The notes beneath the pieces were generated by a model. The model did not search any database. It was not told where the DNA came from and saw only the letters and a program-made list of their open reading frames with translations. Below are positions 56,901 to 64,000 of a DNA stretch of 64,000 bases, one piece after another. Each line of letters opens with the position of its first letter. Within the stretch, counting starts at the first letter, position 1. The stretch is taken from positions 107,200,001-107,264,000 of the forward strand of contig NC_045697.1 in assembly GCF_009834535.1 (NCBI RefSeq), written 5' to 3'. A program made the position numbers and the translations under genes. The DNA comes from Camelus ferus. Lineage: Eukaryota.

Positions 56901-58380
56901 GTGCTCAAGATAAGAAACAGAATCTTTGGGGGGGAGGGATAAATTAGGAGTTTGGGATTAGCAGATACAAATACTACATATAAAACACGCAAACAACAGG
57001 GAACACAGGGAACTATATTCAATACCTTGTAACAACCTATAATGGAAAAGAATCTTAAGTATATTTATATCCATGTATAATGGGATCACTTTGCTGTATA
57101 CCTGAAACACTGTAAATCAACTATACTTCAATTATAAAAAGGTGTTAAAGATGCAAAAAAAAAATATATATATATATATATATATCTACATTGCATTTAT
57201 GTAATTGTAAATAGGATATGAACCAACTCCAAAACAGAATAAAATGTAAGTATACACACTTGTTCTATTTTAAATCAATGCAAATACATTTCAAGAAGAC
57301 AATAAATATAATCACCTCAAGCACAGGTTGATGAGGTTGAGATGCTTCCATGTTTCCACTAGCCTTCAATTCCAGTCTCTCAGTATCTGTAGCAACACTG
57401 GAAACATCCAACTTAGCAATCCTCTGCTCAGAAGTAGTAGGAGACTCGAGTATGTTACCATGAGACTCACTAATTAGTTTGGTTTCTCCAGCAACGTCAG
57501 CTGTTTTCTCCCCTTCCTCCAGCATCTGACCAAAGTCTGACTGGTCAGTTGTCTGGGAAGCAGTAGTGCCTGGTGAGGTAGCTGAAGACCCCGATGCTGT
57601 CATTGTCAAGATGCCAGAATCTTTAGGGTCTTGAGTGTCAATGTCAGTTTGCTTCTTACTTACAGGTTCTTCTTCTTGAAATATTAATTTGTGGTCATTA
57701 CTAAACACATTGAGTCTTTCACTGGCTTCAGATGCAGCTGGAGACAAACGATTATCCTGGAGCTCTGTGGGCAGACTGGCTTCCTCAGTAGGGCTACTTT
57801 CTACCTTCAGTTCTACATAATCGTCATCATCTTCTTCCTCTACTATTAACTTATCCAGTAATTCTGGCACCTCTGAAGCATCCTCTTCTGAAGGAGAACT
57901 TATGGAAGCAGTTACTTCACTGACAGTCATTGTATCTTTGTCAGTTGTTTTAAAAGAATTAGAGGAAACAGTCGCAGCTTCTATTATGTCAGAAGATACT
58001 TCTAAATCACCTGTATTAACTGTTTCATTTGTCAGTGTTTCTTCTAAAGGGACTTCATCCAGTAGCTCCTCATTTTCTTGCCCAGTTTTCCTTTCTTCAT
58101 GAGATGTATTATAAGTTTGCAGTTCAACGCTGGATGCAGACTCTACTGAACTTGTCTTCTCAACACTTGACTTTTCATCACCATTTCCGGTGATATGAGA
58201 AGACAAGGGAGAATCCTTTGTATCTGACTGCTGGGGTCCTACTGAAACATTAACACCCCTGCTAATGCCAGAGACTGCTTGAATTGGACTTGAAGAACAC
58301 TGTCCTATTTCTTCATTAATTTGTCCCCGGTGTTCCCTAAATATATTGGCAAGGTTTTCTTTGTGTATTTCAAAAGTGAC
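15716..58380 (-). CDS. LRBA: LRBA, partial spliced CDS (12 internal exons, 943 codons); gene extends beyond both window ends
   Basis: Join (minus) 58380-57316, 56069-55894, 55050-54897, 54488-54308, 51746-51619, 50514-50407, 47253-47094, 44286-43839, 35448-35315, 24350-24272, 22501-22368, 15777-15716. Total 2829 nt, phases 0-0-2-0-1-0-0-1-2-1-2-1-0, open frame. Peptides match recalled LRBA ([71 protein letters not shown]). Confidence 0.97.
18590..19470 (-). mobile_element. Probable decayed Tc1/mariner-type transposase fossil, interrupted by a SINE
   Basis: Colinear degenerate peptides [62 protein letters not shown] resemble recalled transposase motifs, with stops and frameshifts. No TIR identified. 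Confidence 0.45.
18769..18898 (-). mobile_element. tRNA-derived SINE (camelid Vic-1-like) with poly-A tail and TSD
   Basis: Minus strand GGGGAAGATATAACTCGG...CTTAGCAT...GATTCAATCCCC...AAACCTAATTACCTGCCCC then A-tail. TSD ctggtccttctt (18757-18768) / ctggtcctcctt (18899-18910). Confidence 0.85.
20150..20780 (+). mobile_element. Old L1 (L1MC/ME-like) 3' UTR fragment
   Basis: attctacagaac...ttcttcaac...gacttaagagacataattaaatgcaa...tttggatctt is a typical L1MC 3' UTR pattern. Confidence 0.6.
22260..22341. repeat. (TG)n microsatellite; reads (CA)n on the LRBA pre-mRNA
   Basis: Directly visible, with a pure TG core at about 22288-22322. Confidence 0.97.
22368..22501 (-). CDS. LRBA: LRBA exon, 134 nt ([12 protein letters not shown]...ELLIEGT), start of the DUF1088-type conserved region
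   Basis: Acceptor tttccattag|TAT, donor CAA|gtaagt. Overlaps ORF 22228..22476. Confidence 0.96.
22610..22935 (+). mobile_element. L2 3' fragment
   Basis: ttccttctgcctggaataccct ... ttcaataaatgctt...tgaaagaat. Confidence 0.55.
23129..23450. mobile_element. MER2-type (Tigger family) non-autonomous DNA transposon
   Basis: aaaatctgtggatgctcaagtcccttatataaaa...gtatttgca...tagattacttataatacct.atacaatgtaaatgct is the MER2 signature. It sits next to a TA/CA-rich tract. Confidence 0.85.
24272..24350 (-). CDS. LRBA: LRBA exon, 79 nt ([10 protein letters not shown]...QVSNM)
   Basis: Acceptor tcttttatag|GTG, donor GAG|gtattc. Inside ORF 24256..24444. Confidence 0.94.
26076..26831. mobile_element. Tigger1-derived element(s) arranged as a long inverted repeat
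   Basis: Left end gaggcatacctcagagatatt..gggttcagttccagacc is the reverse complement of right end ggtctggaaccaaacc..tatctccaaggggtatgtctg|ta. Both correspond to the Tigger1 terminus. Confidence 0.85.
26855..26946. repeat. Compound (TA)n/(CA)n microsatellite; reads (UG)n on the LRBA pre-mRNA
   Basis: Directly visible. Confidence 0.95.
26947..27580 (+). mobile_element. Old L1 (L1MC/MD-like) 3' UTR fragment
   Basis: tccctagctctgtccactgagagg...cttggcttctaaatac...aatacttattaattacaaaagggaaaa...ctaatcatgaggaaatatcagac. Confidence 0.7.
28555..28730 (+). mobile_element. MIR SINE
   Basis: gccacttatcagctgtgtgatgggcaaagttacctaagttctctgtgcct..ttttccacatctataaaat matches the MIR core. Confidence 0.75.
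33655..33810 (+). mobile_element. L1 (L1MC/MD-like) extreme 3' end
   Basis: aacaaatataccatact..tgcaagatgttaataa...ggaactgtctacttt...taacctaaaactg..ctaaaaaataaggtcta. Confidence 0.75.
35315..35448 (-). CDS. LRBA: LRBA exon, 134 nt ([10 protein letters not shown]...DVGGESP)
   Basis: Acceptor tttattacag|AAG, donor CTG|gtgagt. Inside ORF 35292..35489. Confidence 0.95.
37085..37940 (+). mobile_element. Old L1 (L1MB/ME-like): ORF2 end plus 3' UTR
   Basis: ctaccctatgtaccagcaactccactctta; acaatggagtaatattcagcaataaaa; aacatggatgaatctcaaaagcattatgttga; gtcaaaactcatcaaatggcacacttaaga. Confidence 0.8.
38450..38655 (-). mobile_element. MIR SINE
   Basis: attaagcactgacaatatgccaag ... gctcagaaaggtaaagtaac..acttgccaagg. 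Confidence 0.55.
41010..41255 (+). mobile_element. MIR SINE
   Basis: ctcaaatcttagctctatcacttactagc...tgcctcattttcttcatctctaaa. Confidence 0.7.
41790..42035 (-). mobile_element. MIR SINE
   Basis: aggaaaatgaggctcaagaggatgaggtaacttgtc...gccagaacgcaaactcag. Confidence 0.65.
42340..43210 (+). mobile_element. Old L1 (L1MC-like) 3' UTR
   Basis: acttctgtgatattactgccaaa...tgaatctaaccctgaggaaacattagacaaatc.aaactgagggacattctacaaaa...ttccagattgaaggaga...attaatttcctaattttgata. Confidence 0.75.
43668..43713 (-). mobile_element. Extremely 5'-truncated L1 insertion (~45 nt)
   Basis: Reverse complement ccagaaattgacacaacattgtatgttgactacaattt matches the terminus of the L1 at ~51355-51395. Flanked by aacatcccctttt / aatatcccttttt. 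Confidence 0.75.
43839..44286 (-). CDS. LRBA: LRBA exon, 448 nt ([10 protein letters not shown]...VQFRSFDR)
   Basis: ORF 43835..44284. Donor CAG|gtagtg. The first AG after the pyrimidine tract (ttctgggtaag|ATG) keeps the frame. Confidence 0.92.
45040..46660 (+). mobile_element. L2 element split by an MLT1 insertion
   Basis: caggacaccacgctcatctggtttt, catctcaaactcagtatgttgaaaactgag, ctagattactgcaa, and 3' end attagaacataagctccatgagggcag. Confidence 0.75.
45677..46250 (+). mobile_element. MaLR solo LTR (MLT1E/F-like)
   Basis: cccatgcctcctggcattcac, ttgaatctgggctgg, aaccagtagaatgtg, terminus acatagcagtacataaccagaaca. 5-bp TSD CTGGT at 45672-45676 and 46251-46255. Confidence 0.85.
47094..47253 (-). 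CDS. LRBA: LRBA exon, 160 nt ([31 protein letters not shown]...LSLP)
   Basis: Acceptor ttttcccccag|GAG, donor CTG|gtaagt. Confidence 0.95.
48585..48760 (-). mobile_element. MIR SINE
   Basis: catttattgaatacttactatgagtcgggcattgtgcta ... tgaggcttagagaagttaagtaagttgcctaagg. Confidence 0.75.
49372..49600 (+). mobile_element. MIR SINE
   Basis: gaggcagtatagcataacggttaa (MIR 5' end) ... tgtgtgatcttaaggc ... gtgaattaaatgaggtaatac. Confidence 0.75.
50000..50190 (+). mobile_element. MIR SINE
   Basis: ctctctgtgcctctaattcctcatttataaaatgggaatta ... ataaagcacttacagtgc. Confidence 0.75.
50407..50514 (-). CDS. LRBA: LRBA exon, 108 nt (SPLDIVTGG...[10 protein letters not shown])
   Basis: Poly-T tract then ttaattag|AGT, donor ATA|gtaagt. 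Confidence 0.95.
50787..51411 (+). mobile_element. Relatively young 5'-truncated L1 (ORF2 C-terminus, 3' UTR, A-tail), antisense to LRBA
   Basis: Well-preserved tgcaccccaatgttcatagcagcactatttacaatagcc, aaatgtccatcgacagatgactggataaagaagatgtgg, ctaagtgaagtaagccaga. Ends ctcAATAAAaagaaagaaaa. CpGs are retained. Confidence 0.92.
51619..51746 (-). CDS. LRBA: LRBA exon, 128 nt ([15 protein letters not shown]...MGKSAAK)
   Basis: Acceptor aaattacag|TGTG, donor AAG|gtaagc. Hand translation is open. Confidence 0.95.
52940..52982. repeat. 22-bp tandem duplication
   Basis: ataaaagcaatggattctaaa(t) present twice, identical. Confidence 0.9.
53050..53240 (+). mobile_element. MIR SINE (degenerate)
   Basis: gtaagtttcctaacttctctgatctcaaattccctcatgaataaaagg. 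Confidence 0.55.
53858..54025. mobile_element. MER5A-like hAT-Charlie DNA transposon
   Basis: gcagcatcaacgttacctggga...aggcctcatcccagact...gcattttaacaaga...aaagtttgggaagcatt. Confidence 0.75.
54308..54488 (-). CDS. LRBA: LRBA exon, 181 nt ([11 protein letters not shown]...GILRQCLRL)
   Basis: Acceptor ttccttacag|CAT, donor TGG|gtgagc. Lies inside ORF 54282..54554. Confidence 0.96.
54897..55050 (-). CDS. LRBA: LRBA exon, 154 nt ([12 protein letters not shown]...LLSAATSAT)
   Basis: Acceptor ctttggacag|CCAT, donor ACA|gtaagg. Hand-translated and not in the ORF track. Confidence 0.95.
55894..56069 (-). CDS. LRBA: LRBA exon, 176 nt (MSRQQEQPG...DIQMWR)
   Basis: Acceptor tttccgttag|ATG, donor AAG|gtttgt. 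Matches ORF 55851..56069. Confidence 0.95.
56928..57140 (+). mobile_element. L1 3' end (cetartiodactyl-type), ~175 nt from the large exon donor
   Basis: gggagggataaattaggagtttgggattagcagatac...cacagggaactatattcaatac..gtaacaacctataatggaaaagaatc...gtaaatcaactatacttcaatt. Confidence 0.85.
57316..58380 (-). CDS. LRBA: LRBA large acidic/Ser-rich exon, 1065 nt, phase 0-0 ([10 protein letters not shown]...PHQPVLE)
   Basis: Acceptor tttcatttag|GTCACT, donor GAG|gtgatt. In frame with ORF 57265..58206. Confidence 0.96.
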
Positions 58381-61300
58381 CTAAATGAAAAACATACAAG
58401 CAGTCAAAATATGCTCCAACAAATGAACAGAGCATATAGAACATAAAATAAAAATATTTAATTTTTCAAATACATGGTTTATATAATGCAACAAGATAAT
58501 TTTCCTATATCTTTATCACATAAAATGATAAATAAAACATAAGTCAATAACTAAAATCTAAATACTTAAAAAATTACAGCTAATCTTAATGCTAACAGGT
58601 GGCATGCCATCAAACAACAACAAGAACATAACTATTTAGCCTATTTTTAAAGATATATAATATAGGAAAAGAATACACTATATTCTACTGACCTCTATAA
58701 TTTTACTAGGATCTAAGTATGTACCCTTGGGAAGTGCTTTGTGCACTATGTAATACATTGTTTCAAATGAGATAAAAACCCATTTCCCCATGATTTATCC
58801 TCAGCAGAGATAAAAAATATCAATTATGTTCACTTTATATATTATGCATATTATATACTTATATATTATATATGTTACATATAACAGTAGCTCCATATAA
58901 AAGCTACTAAATCTTTTTCTTACTAAGCTATAGAATTCAAATTCTTTTAGCAATTAAAAAGAAAGGTCCAATCCTTCCCTAAAGGTCAACCATAATTTTC
59001 AAAATTGAACTGATCACAAATGATCTGAAAGTTCCAGTTCATCCATCCATACATCCATTCATTCCACTTGTATGTTATATATGAGAGACTACTATGAATT
59101 CAGCACTGTGAACATGTCCATATCACGCTTAGCCTGTAACCCAACTAAAAGGAAAACATTAATTAAAAGGAAAAGTATAAAAGAGAGTGCTGTGATTATT
59201 AACGTCAAAAGGTTTATAGTTTTCTTATCCCATCGAGGATTACTATAGTCACAATTATGCGACTGCCACCAGTGTTTCAATGGGAACTCCTCTCAAAAAA
59301 ACAGGGTAACACCAGCAGAAGGTATAGGCATAATTACAGCTTATCAGTGCTAGAACTGTTTGCTCCTGTAACCTGTATTATTACAACATATATAATACAC
59401 TGAATCTTCATTCAAGAAACCTTTATTGAGCCCTAGTATATATAAGAGGATGGTAGGAGATAATAACAAAAGAAGATCCACAGGGCTTTTTGGATCACAG
59501 GTGCACATGCACATGGGTAAAAGGTAAACAAAATTATTAACTATTAACTACCCTTTCCTCATGACATACACAACACATTCTTGCCATAATGCGGTATAAC
59601 TGAAATAAAAATATTTAGGAAATAAACATTTTTCCTAACTGCAAATATTTGGGAACTCATTTCAAAATGAAGTGCATGTACTCAACACCAAAGAGTAAAA
59701 TGGCACAGTAACATTAACAAAATTAATCAATTTCTTTTATACCCAGAAGGCCAATACCTTCCTTAAACTGAGTTCTTTATTTTAACTGATTAATTCCCCA
59801 TTTATTCACTCAACAAAAATGTACTGATCAGCTGTAGCATGCCGGGCATTGTGCTACCCATAGAAAGATCTACCAAAAATTATGCTATTAAGACAGATAT
59901 GCATCTAGCAAATTGCCCTATATAACAAAGTAACATTCTTTCAGTCAAAATTTCTTGGGCAAGTACAGATCAGTGATATTAATAAGACAGGCCCACCTAA
60001 AAAAAAGAAAAGTTTTCTATTCTTACGAAATATAAACAATTCAGACAAATGAACATCAAAAACAACTATTCAGAGTAAGTCATTATGATCACAGACACGG
60101 GAATAAGTCTGAATCAATTACATTTAAATAATGAAAGCTGGAACTGAGGCATTAAGTGAAAACAATCACAAATGTTTTAATAACCTAAGTATATTCTGAG
60201 CCAGCATCACAAAGTACCAAGTTATAGAGACAAACAGAACCATTGCAAATATCCAGAAAAACATGTAAGTAAAAATGAACAAAGTCTGAAGTGGCGGAAT
60301 GTAAATAAAAAATAAAATTTTTGAGTGAAATTAAAAATAAATTCAAATAAGAAAAAAACTGAGACACTGGATAATTAGTAGAGTAAGGATAAATTTTCAT
60401 CTTATAACAAGACCAACAGTGATATTCCTAATGTGGGGTGGAGGCGGACTGCCACTCCACCTCCAGATCTACTAATATAACTAGCACAAAGAAAGTTATT
60501 AGCAAAAACACTGTAATCCATTCCAAAGCCAAGTATGTTCCCATACTAAAGAGCACTGTTTTAGAGAGTACATCAAGCAGACTTGAAACTGAAGAGTTAG
60601 AACCCACATTATTGCCACTATAAAACTCATTCAGGATGTTAAAACAGTATGGTAAAATTTCAAAATCCTACAACTATCTTTGCCCAATATATATTTAAGA
60701 TGAATGTCAATCATCATCCTAAAATGGTGTACAACAGGGACTTAATAAACATTTTGAAATCTTAATATCTGATCTACATGTTAAATCTAAATACTAATAT
60801 TTTTTAAATTACTTGGTAATAGGACACAATCTTAATGGAGAAAAAACTGTAAAATGATTAAAGTACTGAAAAATACCACTCATATTTTTATCTTAATGCT
60901 TTCATCAAGGTTACTAACATAGATACATCAAAGAAACAAAACTTTTATACCTTATTTTAGCTATAGCATATAGTCAATTATATAGAACTGGCCTTTCCTG
61001 CTGGTTTATAAACAACTTGAGGAAGTTCTCTTGGATTTCCATATCTCCATCAAGGCCGTTAGAAAATATATATATTTGCTATCCCAAATTCCCTCTTAAA
61101 GATTTGTTTACATGATGCTCTTACCAGTATTCACTTAATTTACAACATGTCGTCATGGTCTTTCAAACATTTGACGAGACCGTTCATTCTAAGCGTGAAG
61201 TGTAAATCTGTGGAACATATTTCTTTTTCACATTCTAACTATATTCATAATCAGCAGACAAACTTTCAATTGGCCATTTGAAAAGACAGTTAAAAGCTAG

Positions 61301-62582
61301 TATTTAATGTTAAATTTTCAAGCACAAGAAGATGGTTTAGATAATACACATTTCAATTGAAAGCAATGTACAGTTTCATAAAGTACATTCTCAGTGTGCC
61401 AGGAATATATTTTCTTTTGTGATAAGCAGATTTGTAGTCAAATCTGTACTAAACAGTGCTTTGTCTTTCCTAAGCAACCCAATTTGCTTACTCTTTCTTT
61501 TGTAAGTATGAATATTAAAAGTGCTTTTAAGTTTTTGAAGTTGATTTTTAAACTTCCTTTTAATGTACTCCAATAGTCTAAAAGCTAAATGACAACAGAG
61601 TAACTATCATTGTTGTTATCTTTTTTTGATACTGTTTTCCTAAAGGTATTTGTGACTGATAATTCTTAATTAATTACCAGATATTGTTCTAAATTACTCA
61701 GCTAAAAGACTACTCATTAATCTTCACAATCATTTGATAGCTAATCTATAGCTGTTTGTAATGTTTGGAAAGCACTCTATAAACTACTAGTTAAAGATAT
61801 TCATGAGCTAATAACTACAACATTTCTTTAGCTATTACTTTCAACTTAATTGACTCAAATTTACTAATTAGGAGATAAAAGATGAATGCAATATAGCAAG
61901 ACACCAACATCATTAATCCATGTATTTTAAAAAATTAATCTATAAAACTTAGACTGTTTAAATGTTAGGCAATGTTTAGGAACTGGCTTTCTTTTTTAAG
62001 CAAATGCACCTTTTTCATTGTATGCTATTTTCCTTTGGAAATCTAGCTGAATATGATATGCTAACTTCTAACTTTTAGAGGTTACCAACCTTTCACATTT
62101 GATAAATAAGACATATTTTTCTTTTAAAATAGCTGAATCTTCCCATATGTGGTATCAACAAGCACAGCTCAACATGACCACCACCACATAACAGGACATG
62201 TTTTATAGAGACTCTGATACAACAGCTTGCAACAATAATAGCGTAAGGTAAAAGATACAATAGTTAAAATCAAATTATAAATATTTGTAAGTGTATACAT
62301 ATTCAGTGATCTACTTTATACAAAGCACCCTAGTTACAAATCTGAACACTGGTCAAACCTACGCTCTTACATACTACCCTAATAAAACCTGAGTGGAGGT
62401 GTATCAAGCATAAAGCCTAGGCTATCCTAACAAAACTGCCTAAAAGAATTGGTTATGAAAACAACATAAGTTCAATAACAAAGAGAAACAAATCCCATGA
62501 AGAAAACAAGTCATATATATACAACAAGCACTATACATTTGCGTAATAAGCTTAAAAACATTTTTGAATAGGTAGTATATTT

Positions 62583-63133
62583 TGATGGGAGTCCAGAACA
62601 CACTACCCCAAAATACGGCACATTGGCATACTGATCATTTTAAGATGAAGGAATCTGAGTAACAGTAGGTGCAGTAAAGACTCTCTGACCCCGCCACCCT
62701 CCCCTGAAGCAGATCATAGAAACAGCAGGTTCTAGGATGGCCCTGTAATTTCACCCCTTATAATCAGAGGTGCCTTCCTTACACCCAAACAAAAAGAGCA
62801 TCCTTATCTCAAAAGACACAGGGATGCTGAGAAGAATCTGAATGAACAGGCTATGCTGATTCTCCCCCAGTTTACTACCCTTAGTTCAAACCCTTTGTCC
62901 GACCAGGTTTTTCTTGAATTTCGACTCTTCATCAAACTTAAAATAAAAAAAAAACCCTCAAACTTAAATGTTTCTTTGGGTCTTCATTTCCTTATGAAGG
63001 CTCCCATGTTACATAAAACTTACATTAAATAAAATCATATACTTTCCTCCTGATAATCACTCTTGGTCAGCTTAAATTTCAGTTGCAGTCAGGGACCTTA
63101 AGAGGGTAAAGGCAAAGCTTCTCCTCCCCTACA
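62583..63133 (+). mobile_element. ERV1-class solo LTR (MER34-like)
   Basis: TG...CA termini; cagaacacactaccccaaaatacggcac.ttggcata start; gggtcttcatttccttatgaaggctcccatg; AATAAA near 63028; end ctcctcccctaca. No clear TSD. Confidence 0.75.
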
Positions 63134-63299
63134 AGTCACATGACTTACGTATAAAATAGTATATAGTGTAAAGTCCCCCTCACACCCAGTCCTCATCTAC
63201 ACAATTCCTCAACAACCAAGCAATCAGCCATTAATTCCAGGGTATTTTTGTGCATATAAACACATATATGAATTCTCATTTTCCCACTTGTTTAACTCA

Positions 63300-64000
63300 C
63301 TAATATCCACTATACACTCTGTTCCACACTTCCTTTTGTCACTTAATATATCTTGGAGAAATATCTCAGAATAGTTTAAATTTGCAGTCCCTTACAATGA
63401 GTAGGTTGAGCATCTTTTCATAAATCGAAAGTATTTTTTACTTAGTTTTCTACAGGTTTTTGGTCATGACTTTCATCCATTTTTTTATTAGGCTGTCTTT
63501 TCCTATCTTTTTTAAGGAGCACTTTGTATTTTAGAAATGTTATCTTTGCTCTGGTCCTTTGTCCTGGTTCAAATTTGTCATTTGCCTTTTGATTTTGCTT
63601 ATGGTATTGTTCGGTTTTTGGTCACAAAGGTTTGTATCTGTTTTAATGTAGTAAAAAAAAAATAGTCTTTATTCCTCTTTAATGGTTTCAGATTCTAAAC
63701 TACAGTTAGAAAATTCTTATACACTCCAAGGTTACAGAAGAATTATCTGTGTTATCCTCTAGTACTTTTACGGTTTCTTCCATTCCCCACCTCCACTTCA
63801 CTACCCATTTAATTGATCGATATGTTAAATTTACTGATGCTCCAACTTTTCTTTCTGATGAATCCTCTATTATCCCAACACCATTTATTGAATAGTTTGA
63901 CTTTTCCCTGGTGTTTTGAGATTCATCCTTTATAATACATTAAAGTCTTATATGGAATTTTGTATGTTTCTGGACTTTCTTTTCTTTTTCCCCGGTCAGC
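63300..64000 (-). mobile_element. Old L1 fragments (T-rich, reverse orientation)
   Basis: aggttgagcatcttttcat, tcatccatttttttattagg, tatcccaacaccatttattgaatag, tgtttctggactttct are reverse L1 ORF2 motifs. Confidence 0.7.

Noticed and set aside
15716..58380. Paralog NBEA (neurobeachin) instead of LRBA
   Set aside because: The poorly conserved linker exons (1065 nt and 448 nt) follow recalled LRBA sequence closely, and these regions diverge in NBEA.
1..64000. Nested MAB21L2 gene known to lie in an LRBA intron
   Set aside because: There is no long single-exon ORF or CpG island here. The host intron is further 3' in the gene, outside this window.
1..64000. CRISPR array, operon or other prokaryotic/viral system
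   Set aside because: There are no regularly spaced repeats or dense ORFs. The exon-intron structure and repeats are mammalian.

Overview
AT-rich mammalian genomic DNA lying entirely inside one large gene, LRBA (LPS-responsive beige-like anchor, BEACH family), transcribed on the minus strand. I assembled 12 internal coding exons by hand (58380 down to 15716). All have AG/GT boundaries and mutually compatible phases. They sum to 2829 nt (943 codons) and read [14 protein letters not shown]...[15 protein letters not shown], the central region just upstream of the PH-BEACH-WD40 module. Start, stop and flanking exons lie outside the window. The introns hold ordinary eutherian repeats (L1, L2, MIR, MaLR and ERV LTRs, Tigger/MER2, MER5) and two tRNA-derived SINEs resembling camelid Vic-1, which suggests a camel, llama or alpaca genome (inference). 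I see no nested gene, true RNA gene or CRISPR, and no clear-cut novel system. The best leads are a probable decayed Tc1/mariner transposase fossil with a residual 104-codon ORF (~18.6-19.5 kb), a ~750-bp palindromic Tigger1 structure, several candidate cryptic exons linked to UG or CA repeats, and a possible internal promoter/first exon near 29.5 kb. Family names come from recalled consensus motifs, not database searches, and repeat boundaries are approximate unless a TSD is given.
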